The notes under the pieces: model-generated
What the model saw: only the letters and a program-made list of their open reading frames with translations
Told to the model about the DNA's origin: nothing
Databases searched by the model: none
Assembly: GCA_047517345.1 (NCBI GenBank)
Contig: JAKZTB010000182.1
Span: forward strand, 1 to 53,978
Length of the DNA stretch: 53,978 nt
Reading direction: 5' to 3'
Source of the DNA: Alphaproteobacteria bacterium
Lineage (GTDB): Bacteria; Pseudomonadota; Alphaproteobacteria; UBA8366; GCA-2717185
Made by a program: the position numbers and the translations under genes
Shown here: positions 1-10,976 of the stretch, one piece after another
How the letters are laid out: every line of letters begins with the position of its first letter
How positions within the stretch are numbered: the stretch's first letter is position 1

Positions 1-369
1 GTCCTGGGCGATCCGGATAACGGCGTCATCATCGCCAGCTATATCGGCAGCCTGTTCATGGCCGGCGCGTTCCTCGCCATCGGATCGTGTATTTCGGCGA
101 TCACCAAGAACCAGGTCATCGCTTTCATCATCAGCGCGACCGTATGCTTCCTGTTCACCATGGCGGGTCTCGAGCTGGTGCTCAATTTCTTCCGGCTGTG
201 GGCGCCCAACCTGATCGTCGATACGATCGCGTCGCTGAGCTTCCTGACCCATTTCACGGCCGTTACCAAAGGCGTCATCGAGCTGCGCGATATCATTTAC
301 TTCGCCTCGATGATTGCGGTGTGGCTGCTCGCCAATGTCGTCGTCGTCGATATACGGAAGGCGGCGTAG
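1..369 (+). CDS. ABC-2 type transporter permease (GldF-like), C-terminal part; 5' end lies outside the window
   Basis: Frame 1 is open from base 1 to TAG at 367-369. The hydrophobic multi-TM tail (AFLAIGSCISAITKNQVIAFIISATVCFLFTMAG...) is typical of ABC-2 permeases. The stop is 2 nt before the GldG-like gene. Confidence 0.7.
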   Translation, partial: VLGDPDNGVIIASYIGSLFMAGAFLAIGSCISAITKNQVIAFIISATVCFLFTMAGLELVLNFFRLWAPNLIVDTIASLSFLTHFTAVTKGVIELRDIIYFASMIAVWLLANVVVVDIRKAA

Positions 370-371
370 CC

Positions 372-2327
372 ATGCTGAACCGCCTTCGCGATTTAGATCG
401 TTCCAGCCGTGCGATGATCGGACTCGCGCTCGCCATCGTTCTGTTGTTCGCGGTCAATATCCTGTCCAACACGACGTTCAAATCGATGCAGCTCGATCTG
501 ACGGACGACAAGCTGTTTACCCTGTCGGAAGGAACCAAGCGGGTATTGACATCTCTCGACGAGCCGGTCGAAGTCCGCTTGTTCTTTTCCCGCGCGTTGG
601 GCGACCGCAGCCCCGATAACGCGCGCTACCACAACCGCGTGCGCGAGTTGCTGCTGCAATATGCGGAAATCGCCAACGGCAAAATCCAACTGACCTTCGA
701 GAACCCCGAACCGTTCACCAGCAGCGAGGACCGTGCGGTGGCGTTCGGGTTGGAAGGGATTCCCGTGAACGAGGCCGGGGACCAAGGGTTCTTCGGCCTC
801 GCCGCCACGAACAGTACGGACGACCAGGTGATCATTCCGTTTTTCGCGACCGAGCGGGAGACCTTCCTGGAATATGACCTGACCAAGATGGTGCAGCGGC
901 TGGTCAACCCGACGCGGAAGACCGTCGGCTTGTTGAGCACGATTCCGATCGCCGGCGGCTATGTGCCGGAATTCGGGACGACGCAACGTTGGCCCGTGAT
1001 CGAACGGGTCATGGAATTTTTCCGGATCATGCCGCTGCCGACCAAAACCCGCGAAATTCCGGCGGAAGTCGATATCTTGATGCTCGTCCACCCGGTCGGG
1101 CTCAACCCGCACACGATGTACGCCATCGACCAGTTCATGATGCGGGGCGGTAAGGCGCTCGCCTTCGTCGACCCGGTTGCCGAAGCCGAAGCGGCCAGCA
1201 CACGGAAGCAAGGGTTTCGTCCGCGCGGATCGAACTTCAATCGCGTTCTGGAACGCTGGGGCATCCGCATGGTGCCGGGCAAGGTTGCTGCCGATTTGGA
1301 CGCGGCGCGGCGGGTCAATGTGCGCCAAGGCGCTCAGATCAAGGTCGCCGATTACATCGCGTGGCTCTCATTGACCGAGCGGAATTTCGCTACTGGCGAC
1401 GTGGTGACCGGCGATATGAGCCTGTTGAACTTCGCGTCGGCGGGCGTGCTGGAGCCGACGCAGGACAAGAACATGCAATTGACCGCATTGGTCAAATCCG
1501 GCGGTCGCTCACAGCAGATCGACGCCTTGAAAATTCGCAACGGCGCCGACGTCATGGCGCTTTTCCGCGAATTTAAACCGGAGACCAAGGACTTGATCCT
1601 CGCCGCCCGGGTGACCGGCAAAGCAAACACCGCGTTTCCCGAGGGACCGCCGCAGGACAAAACGGCGCCGGGCCCGCGGGCTGCCGCCGCGCAGAAAGAA
1701 TCGGCGCATCTTGGTCAGGCATCGGCCCCGATGACCGCCATCGTCGTCGCCGACGTGGACATGCTGCACCAGCGCTTCTGGCTGGAGGTCAACGAATCGA
1801 TGGGGCAGCGGGTCATGGTGCCCAATGCGAACAATGGGGATTTCGTCGTCAACGCACTGGATTATCTGAGCGGCAGCGACGCGCTGATCGGGCTCCGCGC
1901 GCGGGGCAAATCGACCCGGCCGTTTACCCTGGTGCAGAATATCCGCAAAGACGCCGAACAGCGCTTCAGCGTAAAAGAACAGCAGCTGCAAGAGAAACTC
2001 GTCGGCGCGCAGAATCGTCTGAACGAGCTGATGAGCCGCGAGGCGGACCAGTCCGATTTTATACTGCAGACCAACCAGAAACGCGCCCTGGAAGAATCGC
2101 GCACCGAGATCGTCGGCATCCGCACCGAGCTGCGCGACGTGCAGCATGAATTGCGCAAGGATATCGAGCGGCTGGAAAGCTGGATGAAGTTCTTCAATAT
2201 CGCGGCAGTTCCTTTATTGCTCGGCGTGGCCACGCTCATCGTAACGATCGTCGGCGGCATGCGACGCCGTGCCCGGGTGCGGGTGACGCGCCTTGTTTCC
2301 GAAACCCAGGAGGCCGGTATCCGATGA
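372..2327 (+). CDS. GldG-like ABC transporter auxiliary protein
   Basis: ATG at 372 is in frame with ORF 87..2327. N-terminal TM segment followed by the DLTDDKLFTLSEGTKRVL motif, a long periplasmic body, a C-terminal coiled region and a TM anchor. This architecture and its position after an ABC-2 permease are typical of the GldG family. Confidence 0.75.
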   Translation: MLNRLRDLDRSSRAMIGLALAIVLLFAVNILSNTTFKSMQLDLTDDKLFTLSEGTKRVLTSLDEPVEVRLFFSRALGDRSPDNARYHNRVRELLLQYAEIANGKIQLTFENPEPFTSSEDRAVAFGLEGIPVNEAGDQGFFGLAATNSTDDQVIIPFFATERETFLEYDLTKMVQRLVNPTRKTVGLLSTIPIAGGYVPEFGTTQRWPVIERVMEFFRIMPLPTKTREIPAEVDILMLVHPVGLNPHTMYAIDQFMMRGGKALAFVDPVAEAEAASTRKQGFRPRGSNFNRVLERWGIRMVPGKVAADLDAARRVNVRQGAQIKVADYIAWLSLTERNFATGDVVTGDMSLLNFASAGVLEPTQDKNMQLTALVKSGGRSQQIDALKIRNGADVMALFREFKPETKDLILAARVTGKANTAFPEGPPQDKTAPGPRAAAAQKESAHLGQASAPMTAIVVADVDMLHQRFWLEVNESMGQRVMVPNANNGDFVVNALDYLSGSDALIGLRARGKSTRPFTLVQNIRKDAEQRFSVKEQQLQEKLVGAQNRLNELMSREADQSDFILQTNQKRALEESRTEIVGIRTELRDVQHELRKDIERLESWMKFFNIAAVPLLLGVATLIVTIVGGMRRRARVRVTRLVSETQEAGIR

Positions 2328-3355
2328 GCGTCCGGACGATTGGCATTCTTGCCATTCTTGCAATCGCGGCGGTTGCCGGTGCGGCGATCGCGCTTGCCCT
2401 CGACACCGGATCACGACAGGACCCGCGTATCGGCACGCCGGTGTTCCCCGATTTGATCGAGCGCACGAACGACGTGGCGTCGCTCAAGGTGGAAAGCAAT
2501 CTCGGCGCGCTTACCCTGGAACGTAGCCCCAAGGGATGGACGCTAAAGGAAAGCGACGGATATCCCGTGATCCCGGTGAAGGCCAACGGTTCCGTACTCG
2601 ATCTTGCAACGTTACGGTTTCACGAAGCAAAAACCGCGCGGCCGGAGAAATTCGACAGGCTCAACCTCCTCGATTTCGATGCGCCGGGATCGCAGTCCAC
2701 ACGTGTCACCTTGCAGGACAAAGGCGGTGCAACGCTCGTGGAGCTGCTGGTCGGCAACAGCAAGTTCAACTTGCCCGGCACCAAGACCGGCGGTGTTTAT
2801 CTGCGCTTGCCCGGCGAGAAGCGGGCATGGCTCGCCGCCGGTGGTTTGAATCTGAGCGGTCTGCCGTCCGATTGGCTCGAGCCCACGGTCCTCCATATCG
2901 CGGGCGATCGGGTCAAGCGGGTCGAAATCCGCGGACCGGGAGGATTGCCGGTCGTCATCACCAAGCGCAATGCCAAGTCGCTGGTCTACACGCTGAACGG
3001 CGTCCCTGCCGGTTACAAGGTCAAGTACGACGAGGAGCCGAAACTCATCGCGACCAACCTCGAATCCTTCGAGTTGGAAGACGCGCGCCGCGTCGGCAGC
3101 ATCGCGTTTCCACCAGGGCGCACCACGAAGACGGTCTTCGAAACATTTGATGGGCTTCAGGTTATCGCGGAATCCACACCGCAAGATGGCAAGATCTGGA
3201 CCCGCTTCAATGTCAAAGCCCTCGCCGGCGGCAAGGCGGCGGGCGAAGCAGCCGCGCTTACCGAACGCATCGAAGGCTGGGTCTACAGAATTGCCGACTA
3301 TCGCGCGGAACGGCTGAGAAAAAGCTTCGACGCGCTGCTCGCGCCCGCGAACTAG
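2324..3355 (+). CDS. DUF4340-like membrane-anchored protein
   Basis: ATGA overlap with the GldG-like gene and an N-terminal TM helix (IGILAILAIAAVAGAAIALAL). Its position as third gene of GldF/GldG modules matches my recollection of DUF4340 proteins. Confidence 0.55.
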   Translation: MSVRTIGILAILAIAAVAGAAIALALDTGSRQDPRIGTPVFPDLIERTNDVASLKVESNLGALTLERSPKGWTLKESDGYPVIPVKANGSVLDLATLRFHEAKTARPEKFDRLNLLDFDAPGSQSTRVTLQDKGGATLVELLVGNSKFNLPGTKTGGVYLRLPGEKRAWLAAGGLNLSGLPSDWLEPTVLHIAGDRVKRVEIRGPGGLPVVITKRNAKSLVYTLNGVPAGYKVKYDEEPKLIATNLESFELEDARRVGSIAFPPGRTTKTVFETFDGLQVIAESTPQDGKIWTRFNVKALAGGKAAGEAAALTERIEGWVYRIADYRAERLRKSFDALLAPAN

Positions 3356-3383
3356 TGGATACAATCTTACATTTGGTATCCAC
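3355..3383. terminator. Inverted repeat between convergent genes (GTGGATAC-N13-GTATCCAC)
   Basis: Perfect 8-bp arms at 3355-3362 and 3376-3383 with an AT-rich loop, between the DUF4340-like stop and the stop of the minus-strand gene at 3409. There is no clear U tract. Confidence 0.3.
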
Positions 3384-3408
3384 GAGCTAGAGCACGTTTC
3401 GACCAGCC

Positions 3409-4947
3409 TTAAGCTGTACCCATTACGGCGGGGCCGACCGCGTATTCGATGCCCAGTTCGCCGATGAGCTTCAACTGCTCCTCGGTCTGCACATCCATGG
3501 CGACCATGCGGACTTGTGCCGCACGCCAGATATCCAAGAGCTGCGATACGAGACCGAACCCGTCGGTACTGCTGCAAAGGCGCTGCAGATAAGTCGCGGC
3601 CACCTCGATATAGGCCCCCTCGAGAGTCGAGCCCGTGACCGCGGACGCGAAACGCGTCAGCCATACCGGGTGCCCGCGCGCCAACAGCTCGAGCAAACCC
3701 TTGTAGTTCGGCGAAGATTGGCGGGCTAGATCGAGCGCAAGCGTCCGGAAACCGATCGAGCCCGGTGCGACGCCGAATTCTTCCACAAAACCCGCGACCG
3801 TCGGCGCGAATTCCGGTTCTCCCAAAGACGACGCGTTCACGTCGATGACAATGGGGTCGATCTCCGTGCCGGCAGCGGCGGCGGCACTGATCTGGCGCGT
3901 GGCCTCCCGGGTCATCGCGGAATCATGGTGCAGGGTCAGGCCGGGATAGTCGCCCATTATCAGTTTGCGGCTCGCTTCGACTGCAACACCCTCAATCAAC
4001 AATTGGCCGTGCACCAAATAGAGGGCCGGATTGCCGGACGCCAGATCGATGACCGGATAGCGGAGAAGTTCCATATTCCCAGCGTCGAGCGCCGCGACGA
4101 TAAGCTCCTTGCTGATCTCGATATCGGCGACGACGCCGCTCAAACTGATCGGCCCGTCGCCGCCGAGCATCGGATCGTCATCATCGTCTTCGAGAAAGGA
4201 CCGGCGGACATGGGCCAGGGCGCCTTGCAGCTGCTCCCTTTCCACACCCTTGTCGAGGGTAACCGCCTGGCCCCGCGCTCCCAATTCATCCGCGCTGACG
4301 CCGAACTCACCCGCCGTCTCGCTTACATCGACAATGATTTCATCCGCTCCGGTGTCGCCGTCGCAGACGATCGTGTAGCTGTTGTCGCCGAGACGTCCGA
4401 CCTGACCGTTCATCGACTTGCTGTTCAAGGTCAACTCGATCGCGGCGCGCATATCGTCGACGCCTTCCTTGCCGAGGCGTTCGGTCAGGCCCGGATCGGT
4501 CAGCGCCTCGAAGCTCAACATCATCAACTCGATCGGTTTGTCGTCCGGCGCTTGATCGATGAGGTAACTGACCGAATCGAAAAAGTCGACCCAGATGACC
4601 GACGGTTCCGCCGGCGGCGGTGCATCCGCCGCCGTTTCCAGAACGGTATCGGACTCCACGAACTCCAACCACCACAGGACGGCGCCATCGGGTTTGACCG
4701 TCATATGGAACAGCCGCGCATCGCCCGACGAGGTCAGGACGGCGATATCGCTGATCCGGCCTTCCGTGTTGCTCGTAACGCTGCTCAGTATTTTCGATAC
4801 GAGCGGATGTCCCTCTTCAGGGAAGATGCTATAGACGCTGCCGTTCTTGATTTCTTCCGGCAGGCGGGCACGTATTACGCCGACATTGCCATCCGCCCGG
4901 AAAACTTTACCGGTCTTGTCGATCAGTACTTTGAACTCATCGGCCAT
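3409..4947 (-). CDS. Signalling protein with degenerate GGDEF and degenerate EAL domains
   Basis: VGRLGDNSYTIV sits where RxGGDEF is expected. The C-terminal half aligns to EAL-domain landmarks (LLRYPVIDLASGN..., VAMDVQTEEQLKLIGELGIEYAVG), but EAL, DDFGTG and EGVE are replaced by QLL, TRFASAVTG and MDVQ. Confidence 0.6.
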   Translation of the reverse strand: MADEFKVLIDKTGKVFRADGNVGVIRARLPEEIKNGSVYSIFPEEGHPLVSKILSSVTSNTEGRISDIAVLTSSGDARLFHMTVKPDGAVLWWLEFVESDTVLETAADAPPPAEPSVIWVDFFDSVSYLIDQAPDDKPIELMMLSFEALTDPGLTERLGKEGVDDMRAAIELTLNSKSMNGQVGRLGDNSYTIVCDGDTGADEIIVDVSETAGEFGVSADELGARGQAVTLDKGVEREQLQGALAHVRRSFLEDDDDDPMLGGDGPISLSGVVADIEISKELIVAALDAGNMELLRYPVIDLASGNPALYLVHGQLLIEGVAVEASRKLIMGDYPGLTLHHDSAMTREATRQISAAAAAGTEIDPIVIDVNASSLGEPEFAPTVAGFVEEFGVAPGSIGFRTLALDLARQSSPNYKGLLELLARGHPVWLTRFASAVTGSTLEGAYIEVAATYLQRLCSSTDGFGLVSQLLDIWRAAQVRMVAMDVQTEEQLKLIGELGIEYAVGPAVMGTA

Positions 4948-5021
4948 TTTCCGCGCCCCGACAGCCTCTATAGCCTTACCTGATTATGCACGGTCCTGCG
5001 GGATTATGCCAATCGAAGCAG

Positions 5022-5978
5022 CTACATAAAGAGCCGTTCGCCCTTCATGCCCTTATACAGATCGGCGACGAACTCGCCGTAGCCGTTATACAATAGTGTC
5101 GGCACGCGCTCGTTCATGCCTAGGACGCGCTCCGACGCCTGGCTCCAACGCGGGTGATCCACTTTCGGATTCACGTTCGCCCAAAACCCGTATTCCTGGC
5201 CTTGAATCCGTTCCCAAAAACTGACCGGCCGTTCTTCGGAAAAATGGAATCGGACAATCGATTTTACCGATTTGAACCCGTATTTCCACGGCACGGCCAA
5301 TCGCAACGGTGCGCCGTTCTGTTTGGGAATCGGTTTTCCGTACATCCCGGTCGCAATAAACGCGAGTTCGTTGGTCGCTTCGGGCAATGTCAGCCCTTCT
5401 GTATAGGGCCACGGGTACCAGCTCGCCTGCAGGCCGGGCATCGTTTTTTTGTCGGCGAGTGTTTCCATATGAAGGTATTTCGCCGAACCCAGCGGTTTGG
5501 CGAAATCGACCAACGCCCTGAGGGCGAAACCGCTCCAGGGGACGGCCATCGACCAGGCTTCCACGCACCGGTGGCGATACAGGCGTTCTTCCAAAGGCAT
5601 CCGGCGGATCAGATCGTCAAATCCGATTGTCATCTCCTTTTCCACCAGACCGTCGATCCGGACCTGCCAAGGCCTAATCCTCAGTGCCTGCGCCGATTCG
5701 GAAATCGCCTTGTGGCTGCCGAATTCGTTAAAATTGTTGTAAGTCACCGCATGCTTTTCTTCGGTCAGCGGGCGGTCCAGGCGGTAGCGGAGATTGCGCG
5801 GCGCCGGATACAGATCCGCGGTCGGATCGCCCGCCGCCAGGGCCGGCAATCCGCTGCCAGCCAAGAGCAAGGGCCCCGCGCCGAGGGTCTTCAAGAATGT
5901 CCGTCGGTTGCGATAAACCGTTTCGTCCGTCGCGGCGCTATCGGGGAGCGCCCACGGTTTCCTGCTGATCACATGCAT
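5022..5978 (-). CDS. msrP: Protein-methionine-sulfoxide reductase catalytic subunit MsrP (YedY family molybdoenzyme)
   Basis: Full-length similarity to YedY/MsrP as recalled. Tat-like leader (NRRTFLKTLGAGPLLLAGSGLPALAA) and GGAGGAA RBS before ATG 5978. Confidence 0.9.
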   Translation of the reverse strand: MHVISRKPWALPDSAATDETVYRNRRTFLKTLGAGPLLLAGSGLPALAAGDPTADLYPAPRNLRYRLDRPLTEEKHAVTYNNFNEFGSHKAISESAQALRIRPWQVRIDGLVEKEMTIGFDDLIRRMPLEERLYRHRCVEAWSMAVPWSGFALRALVDFAKPLGSAKYLHMETLADKKTMPGLQASWYPWPYTEGLTLPEATNELAFIATGMYGKPIPKQNGAPLRLAVPWKYGFKSVKSIVRFHFSEERPVSFWERIQGQEYGFWANVNPKVDHPRWSQASERVLGMNERVPTLLYNGYGEFVADLYKGMKGERLFM

Positions 5979-6134
5979 GGCGATTCCTCCGTCCCAACGT
6001 TGCAGCGCGCATTTGTCGTTCCATTGCCGCGACTCGGCTCAAAATTAATCTGCGTTGACGCCAACCGGTTCAACCGGTGAACGAAACCGCGATCTGTCCC
6101 TCGCCATGGAAGAAGCCAGCGGTCCCGGGTTCGA

Positions 6135-8159
6135 TCATCCGGCTTCCTTGCGCGCCTCAATCACGATAGCCGCTTCGCGTCCGGCCAGTTCGTTCAGGTG
6201 ATCGAACTCCCATTCGAAGGTCCCGACGCCCTGCGAGAGCGAACGCAGCTCGATGATCAGATCGTGCAGTTCGGACTGCGGCATGAAGGCACCGACCTCG
6301 TCCCAACCGCCCCAGCCTTCTTTCGGATTGAAACCCAGGATCTGGCCGCGCCGTTTGGTGATGATGCCCTGCGCGTTGGCGGTGAATTCGCTCGGCACCG
6401 ACAGGGTAACTTTGCAAATCGGTTCCAGCAGAACCGGCGCGCATTGCGGCAAACCGTCCTTCATCGCCAGGATACCCGCACGGCGAAACGCCATGTCGGA
6501 GCTGTCCACAGCATGATGCTGACCGTCGAACAAGTTTACCGACAGATCGACCACCGGGAAGCCGAGCGGCCCTTCCGTCAGGTACTCTTTAACGCCCGCT
6601 TCGACCGCAGGAATATAGTTGCGCGGCACCGAACCGCCATGGATCGACTGGTCGAACTGGAAGCCGGAACCGCGCGGCAACGGTTTGATCTCCACATGGA
6701 CGTCGCCGAATTCGCCATGGCCGCCACTTTGTTTCTTGTGCCTTGCATGCTGCTTGATCGGTTTGCGGATGGTCTCCTTGTAAGGAACATCCGGTTTTTC
6801 AGACACGACGCCAACGTTATACCGTTCCCTTAGCTTGTCCGCTGCGACTCGCAAATGGATATCACCCTGGCCCCAGAGCAACATCTGGTGCGTGTCGTTG
6901 TCGTGTGAAATTTGCAGTGAATTGTCTTCATCCACCAGTTTGGCGATCGCCGCGGACAATTTAACATCGTCTTCCCGTTTTTCCGATCTGATCGCCGCCG
7001 AATAAAGCGGCGCAAGCGTTTTCGGCCACGGCATGGATTTCGCCGCCGCACCTTCGGGCGTCAGCACGTCACCAGTATTGACGCCTTCCATCCGGCCAAG
7101 CGCGACGACGTCGCCCTGGATTGCTTCATTGATCTTTTCCTGGTCGTAGCCCATGAGGCGATACAAACCGCTGACCCGATGGTCGCCGAAGTTCATGCCG
7201 TCCTTGATGGTGCCGTTCCAGATCCGCGCGACCGACAGCTTGCCGGACCGCGGTATATGATAGGTCTTGAAGACCTCGGCGAGTGGATCGCCGCTTTGTC
7301 CGCCGAGCCTTTCCAACGTCGCCGAAACTTCCGGCGCTTCGTGCCGCAGCGCTTTCATCAGACGTAGGACGCCGGACGACCGTTCTGCAGCACCAAGGAA
7401 TACGGGCACGACGGTATTATCTTGCAGATCTTTGGTCAGATAGCCGTAGATATCCTCCTTCGGCGGCACCGCATCCTCGAGCAGCATCTCAAGTAGAGGG
7501 TCGTCGTAGTTGGACAGCTCTTCCAGCAGCTCCTGACGGGCGGAGTCGTTCTCGTCCCGCATATCTTCCGGAATTTCGATCAGCGAGGATTTCTCTCCGG
7601 GTTGATAGGCGTAGGCGCGTTCGGAAACCAAATCGACGTAGCCGCTAATCGCGTCGCCTTCGCGGATGGGCACATGGCGCAGCACCAGCGATTGCGTCGA
7701 AATGGTTTGCAGCGCTTCCATCACTTCCGCCACCGGCACGTGCGGATGGTCGACCTTGTTGATGAAAATCATGTGCGGAATGCCGTTATCCTTGAGGAAA
7801 TGCAGCGTCGGACCGACGACAAGCGCCTTGGCCGGCTCCGGATCGACGACAACGACGGCAACGTCGGCCACCATCAGCGCGGTGCGGGCATCGTAAAGAA
7901 ACTCGATGGATCCCGGACAATCGAGAAAATGCCATCGCTCCCCAAGAAACTCGCCCGACGCAACCGAAACTTCGGTACTCATGTTTCGTTTACGGGCCTC
8001 CGGCGACGCATCGCCGACGGTATTTCCTTCCTTCGCCGTCCCACGCCGATGGATTGCGCCGCACGTGCTCAGAAGCGCCTCGAGCAACGTCGTCTTGCCA
8101 CTTAGATAAGGGCCGACGAAGGCAACACAGCGGGGGGCGGAAACCGATTTTGCAGGCAT
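6135..8159 (-). CDS. Elongation factor G-like GTPase (EF-G paralog)
   Basis: 674 aa with G motifs GPYLSGKTT, DCPG and NKVD, followed by EF-G domains II-V (e.g. HGGSVPRNYIPAVEAG, DGQHHAVDSSDMAF). Confidence 0.85.
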   Translation of the reverse strand: MPAKSVSAPRCVAFVGPYLSGKTTLLEALLSTCGAIHRRGTAKEGNTVGDASPEARKRNMSTEVSVASGEFLGERWHFLDCPGSIEFLYDARTALMVADVAVVVVDPEPAKALVVGPTLHFLKDNGIPHMIFINKVDHPHVPVAEVMEALQTISTQSLVLRHVPIREGDAISGYVDLVSERAYAYQPGEKSSLIEIPEDMRDENDSARQELLEELSNYDDPLLEMLLEDAVPPKEDIYGYLTKDLQDNTVVPVFLGAAERSSGVLRLMKALRHEAPEVSATLERLGGQSGDPLAEVFKTYHIPRSGKLSVARIWNGTIKDGMNFGDHRVSGLYRLMGYDQEKINEAIQGDVVALGRMEGVNTGDVLTPEGAAAKSMPWPKTLAPLYSAAIRSEKREDDVKLSAAIAKLVDEDNSLQISHDNDTHQMLLWGQGDIHLRVAADKLRERYNVGVVSEKPDVPYKETIRKPIKQHARHKKQSGGHGEFGDVHVEIKPLPRGSGFQFDQSIHGGSVPRNYIPAVEAGVKEYLTEGPLGFPVVDLSVNLFDGQHHAVDSSDMAFRRAGILAMKDGLPQCAPVLLEPICKVTLSVPSEFTANAQGIITKRRGQILGFNPKEGWGGWDEVGAFMPQSELHDLIIELRSLSQGVGTFEWEFDHLNELAGREAAIVIEARKEAG

Positions 8160-8287
8160 GATGGACTCCCTTACCGATTATTCGTCTTCGTTCGACGCTC
8201 CTTATTACGCGGGGCGCCGCTCCCTGAAGAGAACCAACTTGAATTTTTGAGAGCTACGCGCGATGACGCAAGCAAAATCGACGCGCT

Positions 8288-9210
8288 CTAGTTTTGCGCA
8301 CCGTCGATATGCGGTTTCAGGACGCTGTAGCAAAAAGCCTGCGTCGGGGTCGAAATCCCTGCCGCCGCGCCAAACCGGACGACCGCGCCGCCCAAACGTT
8401 CGAGTTCGAGCGGCTTGCCGGCGGTCAGATCATGCAGCATCGAGGCGACCATCTCTGCCGGAAGTCCGTCGAACGCGGCGACCCGCTGCGCCACCGCATC
8501 GGCCGACAAGGCAACGCCGCGCGCATGGCCGACGGCGACGGCTTCGGCCACGCACGCCTCCAGCATCGTGCGCGTTTCCGGCGTCTCGCGCAGCCGGCCG
8601 ATGGGCAGGCGTGTGACACAGGTCATGTTGCTGAGCGCCGTCAGCATCACGAACTTCATCCAGATATCGGCCTCGACATCGTCGGACAGAGTCGCCGTGA
8701 TACCGGCCGCCTCGCACGCCGCCACCAGCGCTTCGCCGCGCGGCGATCGGGATCCATCCTGTTCGCCCACGGTGATGAAATTGAACAGGCCGGTCTGGGT
8801 GATGATTCCGGGTTCGCTGACCACCGTGGCGACACCGACCGTACCGCCCATGACCCGCTCGCGGCCAAAACGCCGTTCAGGATATCGACCGCTTCGACCC
8901 CGTTCTGCAGCGGCACGACCGTCGTACCGGGGCCGACGATTGGCCGACAGGCCTCCGCGACCGCCTCGGTGCCGAATAGTTTTACGGCAAAGAGCAGATA
9001 ATCCGGCACTTCGATCGTCGATACGTCGTCGGTCGCCGCCGCCGGCTGTACCCGGATATCGCCTTCCGGCGTGCGGATGCAAAGGCCGTTTGCCCGGATC
9101 GCGTCGAGATGCGCGCCGCGCGCGACGAAGGTGACGTCGACGCCGGAGAGCGCCAGGCGGCCGCCGAAATAACCGCCGACCCCGCCGGCGCCGAACGCGA
9201 CAATACGCAT
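8288..9210 (-). pseudogene. panE: 2-dehydropantoate 2-reductase (PanE/ApbA family), split by a 1-nt frameshift near 8866/8867
   Basis: The N-terminal Rossmann part (MRIVAFGAGGVGGYFGGRLA...PLQNGVEAVDILNGVL) is in the frame of ORF 8656..9210. The continuation (GRERVMGGTVGVATVV...LHDLTAGKPLELERL) is in the frame of ORF 8288..9082. Restoring one base in TTGG(G)CC joins them. Confidence 0.8.
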
Positions 9211-9225
9211 TTTTCGGGCAGGCTC

Positions 9226-10518
<1,293 letters not shown>

Positions 10519-10703
10519 TCAAGGAATTGCTATGCGCCATCGATACCGCCCAATCGCTACGTGTCACCTCAGACAAGCGGCGCAACCGGGCAGATCAGGC
10601 CCCCAGTCCCGAAGCCAACGTCGCCGCAGGCCGGCTCCCGGCTCTACGGCGCTTCGCGCCTTGGCCGGGATGACAAGTTGCGCGAACCGCCAACCCAAAT
10701 TGA

Positions 10704-10865
10704 CCCGTCGTGTGCCGGCAGTATCGGGACGCGGGCTATTACTTTCCGCTAAACGCGCTGAGCGCCGAGCGGGCCGCGGAAAACCGGGCCAAGCTCGAAG
10801 CCTTCGAAACCAGCCAAGGCGGCAAGATCCGCAGCCGGATTAAGCAGACGCAAGAAGACGGCAAT
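10704..10865 (+). pseudogene. Possible N-terminal remnant of a phytanoyl-CoA dioxygenase (PhyH) family gene
   Basis: The translation YRDAGYYFPLNALSAERAAENRAKLEAFETSQGGKI resembles the conserved N-terminus of bacterial PhyH-family proteins. Similarity ends after about 45 aa, and the rest of the long ORF is antisense to the FkbM gene. Confidence 0.35.
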
Positions 10866-10976
10866 TCCGAATACGCTCAGGAGAACCTCGGGCGACAAAA
10901 GCACACGTTCGTTTCGGCGCGCGCGGTATGCTGTTCCTCTAGGATTTGGGGTGTTCGCTTGCCGGACAATCGCTGG

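Noticed and set aside
6095-6140. tRNA-like T-loop string GGGTTCGATCATCC.
   Set aside because: The flanking sequence does not form a 5-bp T stem, an acceptor stem or an anticodon arm. It also runs into the 3' end of the EF-G-like gene.
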